DNA of 12,925 bases from Fibrobacterales bacterium (GTDB taxonomy: Bacteria > Fibrobacterota > Fibrobacteria > Fibrobacterales > JAOPTW01): NCBI GenBank assembly GCA_051532055.1, contig JAOPTX010000069.1, positions 1 to 12,925 on the forward strand. The letters run 5' to 3'. Position 1 is the first letter of the stretch. Each line of letters starts with the position of its first letter. A program made the position numbers and the translations under genes. Below, piece after piece: positions 7,303 through 12,925 of the stretch. Below the pieces are notes generated by a model. It saw only the letters and a list, made by a program, of their open reading frames with translations, made no database searches and had not been told where the DNA came from.

Positions 7303-8205
7303 ATGGATTCTCAAAACGATAGACCACGAAAAAAAGAAGATGCCCCACTCAAAGGCCGTAAGGGTACTTTTGGTCGTGCTAAGGGGAAATTTGATGGCCC
7401 TAAAAATGATGGCAACCGCCCTCCACAAAAAGTTCATCAAAAAAGAGAAGAAGGTGAAGAAGACCTTTCTCAAAATACAGTTGCAGGTATTCATGCTGTT
7501 GAATCTCTCCTTAAAGAAAAGCCACAAAGCATACACCGCATAATTTTCCAGCTTAATTCTGAGAACCCTCGCCTGTACAGCCTTCAAAAAGAGGCAAAGT
7601 CACAGAACATTCACGTACAGCAGTTGCAAGAGAAGATGCTCTCTAACCTCTATCGCAATCACCAAGGGGTCATTGCGATATGCCACGAGCGCGAACTGGA
7701 CGAATGGAGTGATGTTAAAGAGAAAATCCTTAATGTACCTGACGGCAAAAAAATAACTATCGTTGTTGCGGCAAACATTGAAGATCCACGTAATCTTGGC
7801 GCAATCATGCGTTCATCATTAGCCCTTAACGCTACAGCACTCTTACTTCCAGGTAAAGGGACTTGCGCCCTCACTCCAGCAGCCTCAAAAAGTGCCGCCG
7901 GATCAATGGATAAGCTTATCATATGTCGCGTCAAAGACTTTGAGAATGAATTAAAAACTCTTAAAAGTGAAGGCTTTGGCGTCTACGGACTCGATGGTAG
8001 TTCAAAAATCAATATTTCTGATATTACTTATGCAGACAAAAGTATAATGATTATTGGTGGTGAAGATAAAGGTCTTCCTCCTCATATGTCTAGAGCATGT
8101 ACAAATGTCCTTAAAATACCAATGTCTGACAGAGCACAATCATTCAATGCATCAGTCGCACTGTCAATTGCCCTTTATGAGATAGAGCGCTCACGAATGA
8201 TCTAG
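7303..8205 (+). CDS. rlmB: TrmH/SpoU-family RNA 2'-O-methyltransferase, RlmB-like (23S rRNA Gm2251)
   Basis: GIHAVESLL and NHQGV from the substrate-binding domain, plus SPOUT motifs IEDPRNLGAIMRS, IIGGEDKGL and IPM...SFNASVA. Confidence 0.88.
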   Translation: MDSQNDRPRKKEDAPLKGRKGTFGRAKGKFDGPKNDGNRPPQKVHQKREEGEEDLSQNTVAGIHAVESLLKEKPQSIHRIIFQLNSENPRLYSLQKEAKSQNIHVQQLQEKMLSNLYRNHQGVIAICHERELDEWSDVKEKILNVPDGKKITIVVAANIEDPRNLGAIMRSSLALNATALLLPGKGTCALTPAASKSAAGSMDKLIICRVKDFENELKTLKSEGFGVYGLDGSSKINISDITYADKSIMIIGGEDKGLPPHMSRACTNVLKIPMSDRAQSFNASVALSIALYEIERSRMI

Positions 8206-8256
8206 TGCTTCCTGTAAAAAGTTATTTTTTGATTACTTTTTACACTATCCCTTTAA

Positions 8257-8400
8257 GCGTGTCCTCAAATACATATAATTGAATTTGGACACATGCAAAC
8301 ACTTCTACAACTGAAGTATCACATTACAATCATTAGCGAGTAGCTAATGATGTAACGAAGCATTGTTCCTTTTAACGTTAAACCTTAAAAAGGATTCATT
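8257..8400 (+). promoter_or_regulatory. Putative promoter and structured 5' leader of the 8401 gene
   Basis: TATAAT at 8274-8279 (with no good -35) lies inside GTGTCC-N22-GGACAC. Hairpins occur at 8301-8317, 8324-8355 and 8367-8394, the last pairing with the AAGGA SD. Confidence 0.45.
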
Positions 8401-10458
8401 GTGAAAAAATTATTACCATACTTACCCAAAATTGTACTCCTTACCTCATTATTTTGGAGTTCAACCATCGCATCATACAACATTTCGAAAATCCCTCAGC
8501 CTGAAGCTGCCTGGAAATCTATTGCCGGAATAGACGACGGAACGATCTATTTTTCAGGTACAACACAAGAAGACTATAGAACAGAGCTTTACTCTTCAAC
8601 ACAAAGTGGCTATACTCAGCTCACCAATAGCACTAACTACAAATCATTCCTTGATATTGAAGGAGCCACTTATGTTTGGAATGATGACAATCAAAGTTTA
8701 TGGTTTTTTAATGGAACGCAAAATATTCCACTCGCTCAAGATCTTGAGTATGGCGTCTATTATGCCAAAATAGATGGGGGGAGTGTTGTGTGGTCAGTAT
8801 ATGATGGTACTGACAATGAAATCTTCTATTATAATGGAACTGAAACTGTTCAATTAACTGATAATGATGATAATGACGTTTGCCCTTCAATAGATAACGG
8901 AGAAATCGCATGGAACACTTATAATTATAATCCAGAATATTCTTCTCATATTAGCTTATACAAAGATGGTGAGACACGCCTCATTACCAGTTCAGCAATC
9001 AACTATTGTCCACAAATAGACAATGGTGTCATTGTATGGTATGGGTATCCTGCACAAGGTGAAATGTCTGAAATTTATATGTACGCCAATAATGAAGTAA
9101 AAAATATTTCTAATAGTCCAGAGACAGATTATAATCCGATTCTCAAAGGTGGCACTGTTGTTTGGGAGCATGTATACAAAAGAGAAGGATCAGGTCGCAG
9201 TACTGTTACCTGGAGTGAAATTATTAAATACGATGGTAGCTCATTAACTTCAGTATCTGGACAAGATTTAGATTATTCTTCCCCTGATATTGATGGCGAT
9301 GGCATTGTCTTTATCGGTAGCACTAACGACAACTACTACATACCCCAGGTTTATCATGTAAAAGGTGCTGATAAGAAAGTTGTTACTATCAACAGCAAGT
9401 ATAAACATACTCCGCGAATTTCTGAAGGCACAATATATTGGATCGAAGGATCGGTAATTTATTCTGCTGTTCCAGGAATTGACCCTGACCAGGCCTATAC
9501 AATTGTTTCTAAACAGAGTGGAAAAGTTCTCGATATTGCCGATAACAACTTAAATAACGGAGCCAATTTACAACAATGGGACTACAATGGTGACAAAAAT
9601 CAACTGTGGTACATTGCTCCCGAAACCGAAGGATACTCTATTGTGAGCGAAGCCAATAATAAAGCGATAGACGTTTCAGGAATTTCAAATGAGAATGGCG
9701 CTAATATTCATTTATGGGATTTTGTAGGTGGAACAAACCAACTATGGAATTTAAATGATAACAATGATGGCTTCTTCTCAATCGAAAGTAGACACAGTAA
9801 TAAAGTTCTTGATGTCGCTGATTTTGCAACATGGAATGGTGGCAATATTCACCAATGGGATTTTTCAAATGGTGATAATCAACTCTGGGAACTTATTCGT
9901 ATCCCGTTTGAATTTAAATGGCTCTATGAAGATGTTAATAACAATGGCGCATGGGACTATAGCTACACCTCAGCTCCTGACAATTCTAACTTCTTAACCG
10001 CAAACAATTGGGGTAACGCTGTAATGACCAGCGAAGAGGCTTTCGAAGGCAATACTTCTCTTAAGATTTATATTGACCACACAATTGGTGGAACAGCTGG
10101 CGCCTATATAACAACAAATCCAGATGGAACAGGTACAGAACCCACCAATCAAGAAGAGTTCGCATCTGCGAAAGATATTTCAAAAGCAAATTATATGACA
10201 TTTAATTTGCTCGGTACTCAATCAGGAATGTTTGATGTCTGTTTTTTAACATCAGGAGCTATTAGATCTGAATGTACAACAGTGTATTCATACAGCTACC
10301 CGGTATGGGAGTGGACTGAGAAAAGAATTGATCTTGAATATTTAAAAAATGAAAATTTTGACTTCACTAATGTTTCAAGAGTCGTAATTTCTATTACTCC
10401 AGAACACCCTTTAGAACACATGGTCTTCTTTATCGACAACATATCATTTATTGAATAA
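8401..10458 (+). CDS. Secreted multidomain protein: beta-propeller repeats + ricin B-type lectin + CBM-like beta-sandwich
   Basis: GTG start with AAGGA SD and a signal-peptide-like N-terminus. About 7-8 repeats of P-x-I-D-x-G-x-V/I-V-W...E-I-x-x-Y. Ricin QxW repeats include GKVLDI, QQWDY, NQLWY, HLWDF, HQWDF and NQLWE. The C-terminal domain contains EGNTSLKI, W-x-E-x-x-I-D-L, FDFTNVSRV and FFIDNISF. Confidence 0.85.
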   Translation: MKKLLPYLPKIVLLTSLFWSSTIASYNISKIPQPEAAWKSIAGIDDGTIYFSGTTQEDYRTELYSSTQSGYTQLTNSTNYKSFLDIEGATYVWNDDNQSLWFFNGTQNIPLAQDLEYGVYYAKIDGGSVVWSVYDGTDNEIFYYNGTETVQLTDNDDNDVCPSIDNGEIAWNTYNYNPEYSSHISLYKDGETRLITSSAINYCPQIDNGVIVWYGYPAQGEMSEIYMYANNEVKNISNSPETDYNPILKGGTVVWEHVYKREGSGRSTVTWSEIIKYDGSSLTSVSGQDLDYSSPDIDGDGIVFIGSTNDNYYIPQVYHVKGADKKVVTINSKYKHTPRISEGTIYWIEGSVIYSAVPGIDPDQAYTIVSKQSGKVLDIADNNLNNGANLQQWDYNGDKNQLWYIAPETEGYSIVSEANNKAIDVSGISNENGANIHLWDFVGGTNQLWNLNDNNDGFFSIESRHSNKVLDVADFATWNGGNIHQWDFSNGDNQLWELIRIPFEFKWLYEDVNNNGAWDYSYTSAPDNSNFLTANNWGNAVMTSEEAFEGNTSLKIYIDHTIGGTAGAYITTNPDGTGTEPTNQEEFASAKDISKANYMTFNLLGTQSGMFDVCFLTSGAIRSECTTVYSYSYPVWEWTEKRIDLEYLKNENFDFTNVSRVVISITPEHPLEHMVFFIDNISFIE

Positions 10459-10484
10459 GATGTTTCATTACTTTTGATAACACT

Positions 10485-10517
10485 CGGCTACCTCACAACA
10501 GGGGTAGCCGTTTTTGT
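10485..10517 (+). terminator. Rho-independent terminator
   Basis: CGGCTACCTC-acaaca-GGGGTAGCCG forms a 10-bp stem with one G-U pair, followed by TTTTTGT. It starts 26 bp after the 10458 stop. Confidence 0.9.
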
Positions 10518-10670
10518 TCTTATCCTACACATACAGCAAATACTAAAGTGATAATTCGCGTAAACATTAAAGCAATAGAGTTTATTAGGCTATTAAGGCA
10601 ATTTAAAGGTTATTTTCTAAAGAGCGGTGGTTATAAATACCGATAGATAGAGTAACTCAGTGGATAGTAT

Positions 10671-11975
10671 ATGAAAATTAAAATGCCAAAACCTATAGTC
10701 AAAATATGGAAACGGCTTTCTCGTGCAGAGAGAAACCTTATTAAGTTTTTCTCCATTGCACTTTTGGGCATTCTGGTCTTTGCATTAGGAATACTTAAAA
10801 TTTATACCGACATATCACATCAACAAATGCAGCCAGAAGAATACACTCAAGAAGTTGAGCATCTTATAGAAACAGGACAGGAGTCACTCATCGATTCTAT
10901 TGAGCTCGTAGCTGATATCATAAGTGAAATTGATCCAGAAGACATTGATGCACACATGAAATTGATTGAAATTTATAAACAAGCGAAAGAGTATCACAAA
11001 ATTCTCCCCCATATTGAACGAATAGAACCGTTTAATTCTGATGATCTCGATTTCTTGACCAATGCCGGTAAAGCATTCTATGCTTCAGGAAAACCGAAAG
11101 AAGCAATTCGTTATCTCAAAGATGCTCACCTACTCACCCCTGAGGACCCTGATATTGCAATGGAACTTTATTTAGCTGAATTCAAGGTAGGTATGGTCAA
11201 TGAAGCCCTTAAAAAACTTAATGACCTCCAATCTCAACATCCACGAAATCCAAAGCTTGCGACCTTTATTGGGACCATTAAAGCCGAGCTCAATGTGAAT
11301 GATCCAGAAGCTAAAACCCAATTCGAAAAAGCGATTACCCTTGACCCAAACTACGCTCAAGCCTGGTACCAGTATGGTCGTATGAACATGAATCAAGGTA
11401 ATTTTGGAGAGGCCAAACGACGACTGAGAAAGTCAGTTCTTATGGACCCATTAAACCCTAAATTTAATGCTCGCCTTGGTATGGCTCACTTCTATCTTAG
11501 GGAAGATAAAAAAGCCGAATATAGTTACCGGACGGCTCTAGCACTTAATGATCAGGACTATAACACCCACTATAACCTTGGCGAGCTTTACTTAAGTTGG
11601 TCAGATGATGGGGATAAAATACCCAATGTAAGGATTAATATTCAAAAGGCGCTCGAATCATATTTACAATGTCTAGAATTAAGTGGCGAACACCACTTCT
11701 CTCACTACAAAGTAGGCATGATACTCAATGGCAATGGCCAACATAAGGAGGCAATTCAGCATCTCTCTAAAACATTAGAAGTTCTCCCTGGTTATGTCCC
11801 AGCACTACTACAGACAGCAATTGCTCATGAACACCTCAGTATGCCACAAGAAGCAAAGTACTTCTTCACAAAAGCCTATGAGGAAGACCCTTTTAACCGT
11901 GTAATTCTTCAAAAGTACAAGAAATACACCATGAACGATCCAAAGACTGGGGTAAATCTCTACAAAATTAATTAA
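10671..11975 (+). CDS. Membrane-anchored tetratricopeptide-repeat protein
   Basis: Basic N-terminus, a hydrophobic helix (FFSIALLGILVFALGILKIY) and many TPR motifs (e.g. FEKAITLDPNYAQAWYQYG, LRKSVLMDPLNPKFNARLG, YRTALALNDQDYNTHYNLG). The start could alternatively be 10683. Confidence 0.88.
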   Translation: MKIKMPKPIVKIWKRLSRAERNLIKFFSIALLGILVFALGILKIYTDISHQQMQPEEYTQEVEHLIETGQESLIDSIELVADIISEIDPEDIDAHMKLIEIYKQAKEYHKILPHIERIEPFNSDDLDFLTNAGKAFYASGKPKEAIRYLKDAHLLTPEDPDIAMELYLAEFKVGMVNEALKKLNDLQSQHPRNPKLATFIGTIKAELNVNDPEAKTQFEKAITLDPNYAQAWYQYGRMNMNQGNFGEAKRRLRKSVLMDPLNPKFNARLGMAHFYLREDKKAEYSYRTALALNDQDYNTHYNLGELYLSWSDDGDKIPNVRINIQKALESYLQCLELSGEHHFSHYKVGMILNGNGQHKEAIQHLSKTLEVLPGYVPALLQTAIAHEHLSMPQEAKYFFTKAYEEDPFNRVILQKYKKYTMNDPKTGVNLYKIN

Positions 11976-11997
11976 CTTTGACTCTCAGTGTAAGTTA

Positions 11998-12027
11998 TTG
12001 AATGTAACGCACTTTGAACTGTATGCT
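11998..12027 (+). promoter_or_regulatory. Possible sigma70-type promoter for trpG/pabA
   Basis: TTGAAT (11998-12003), 18-nt spacer, TATGCT (12022-12027). Matched by eye only. Confidence 0.3.
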
Positions 12028-12062
12028 GAAATAACTGAGCGCAGTTCCTTAGATTGAGAGCT

Positions 12063-12623
12063 ATGATATTACTAATTGATAATTACGATTCATTTACCTA
12101 TAACTTATTACAGTATGTCGGAGAAATTAATCCCAACATAGTTGTTAAACGTAATGATCAAATTTCTGTTTCTGAAGCAATAGCTCTTGGGCCCTCTCAC
12201 ATAATATTATCCCCAGGCCCTTGTACGCCTCATGAAGCAGGTATCTGTGTAGACCTAGCTAGAGAGATCCCCGAAACCATACCTCTTCTAGGTGTATGCC
12301 TAGGCCATCAGAGCATAGCACAAGCATATGGTGCTTCTATTGTACGGGCTCAATCAATTATGCATGGAAAAACGTCTCAAATAACTCATGATGACAGCGT
12401 GCTATTTAAAGGAATTGAAAGTCCAACAGAGGCTACCCGTTATCATTCATTAATAATTGCCCCTGAAACACTCCCAGATTGTTTTACGGTGACCGCTTGG
12501 TGTGATGAGATTATCATGGCTATTGCACACAAAAACAGACCTATCTATGGCGTACAATTCCACCCAGAAAGTATAATGACCACATATGGAAAGCAACTTT
12601 TGAATAATTTTATAAGTATTTAA
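12063..12623 (+). CDS. trpG: Anthranilate / aminodeoxychorismate synthase component II (TrpG/PabA, class I glutamine amidotransferase)
   Basis: MILLIDNYDSFTYNL, ILSPGPCTP, GVCLGHQ, MHGKTS, RYHSL and GVQFHPESI. The ATG at 12063 gives the canonical family N-terminus. TrpG and PabA cannot be distinguished from the sequence alone. Confidence 0.93.
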   Translation: MILLIDNYDSFTYNLLQYVGEINPNIVVKRNDQISVSEAIALGPSHIILSPGPCTPHEAGICVDLAREIPETIPLLGVCLGHQSIAQAYGASIVRAQSIMHGKTSQITHDDSVLFKGIESPTEATRYHSLIIAPETLPDCFTVTAWCDEIIMAIAHKNRPIYGVQFHPESIMTTYGKQLLNNFISI

Positions 12624-12659
12624 TTTTGTACACCACTAAACATATATACTACATAAATT

Positions 12660-12925
12660 TTATACTTTAAACTTAGTAACTTTCGAAAGTAAGCCAGATG
12701 CAATAGAGCTGAGTGATTGAGAATTCTTTTCTACAGAACGTATTTCTTCTGCACTTTCGTCAATAATATCATTTACTGTATGGATATTATCCGATACTGC
12801 TTCGAGCTTTTCTGCAGCGCGTTTAATATTATCAGTGACATCATTTGACGCTCGTGATACCTCACCTAAATTTCCGGAAATTTCATTTGTAGTCGCCGAC
12901 TGCTCTTCAATAGCTGACGCTATCG
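12660..12925 (-). CDS. Methyl-accepting chemotaxis protein, C-terminal part (5'-truncated by the window edge)
   Basis: Manual minus-strand translation from 12923: IASAIEEQSATTNEISGNLGEVSRASNDVTDNI...SQSLSSIASGLLSKVTKFKV*. The EEQSA methylation-helix motif and FKV end are typical of MCPs. Stop at 12660-12662. Not in the ORF track because its start is outside the window. Confidence 0.9.
   Translation of the reverse strand, partial: IASAIEEQSATTNEISGNLGEVSRASNDVTDNIKRAAEKLEAVSDNIHTVNDIIDESAEEIRSVEKNSQSLSSIASGLLSKVTKFKV

Noticed and set aside
8308..8360. Resemblance of ACTGAAGTAT to the start of c-di-GMP-II riboswitches
   Set aside because: The downstream GGCAC/GTGC pseudoknot elements are absent.
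9481..9903. Ricin domain as evidence of a toxin
   Set aside because: It is only the B-type lectin fold, common in bacterial glycan-binding proteins. No toxin catalytic domain is recognisable.
671..11396. Short overlapping ORFs in the track (671-871, 5457-5705, 5886-6209, 6623-6958, 6649-6918, 7258-7587, 7340-7543, 7659-7934, 8708-8911, 9755-9997, 11172-11396)
   Set aside because: All lie largely within well-supported genes, on the antisense strand or in shifted frames, and show no recognisable motifs.
12054..12062. TTG start for trpG/pabA given in the track
   Set aside because: The ATG at 12063 gives the canonical MILLIDNYDSF N-terminus.
12679..12690. Perfect palindrome ACTTTCGAAAGT
   Set aside because: It lies inside the MCP coding sequence, is short and AT-rich, and has no U-tract, so it is probably chance.

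Overview
AT-rich bacterial chromosomal window, mostly housekeeping genes with two accessory-looking inserts. Gene order: 3' part of dnaJ; a sigma54-type enhancer-binding protein whose receiver domain lacks the phospho-acceptor Asp; (minus) a secreted HAD-superfamily phosphatase-like protein with a Ser-rich linker and a T9SS-like C-terminal sorting domain; an XRE-HTH/HipA (hipBA-type) toxin-antitoxin pair; 5-formyl-THF cyclo-ligase, carA and an RlmB-type methyltransferase; a secreted beta-propeller/ricin/CBM-like protein with a structured leader and an intrinsic terminator; a membrane-anchored TPR protein; a TrpG/PabA glutamine amidotransferase; and (minus, absent from the ORF track) the C-terminus of a methyl-accepting chemotaxis protein. 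The Ser-rich linker, T9SS-like tail and MCP together suggest a Fibrobacterota-like organism (inference only). I found no tRNA, rRNA, CRISPR array, transposase or integrase. The most novel-looking items are the T9SS-tailed HAD enzyme, the pseudo-receiver sigma54 activator coupled to dnaJ, the hipBA module directly ahead of ygfA-carA, and the SD-sequestering leader of the lectin-like gene.
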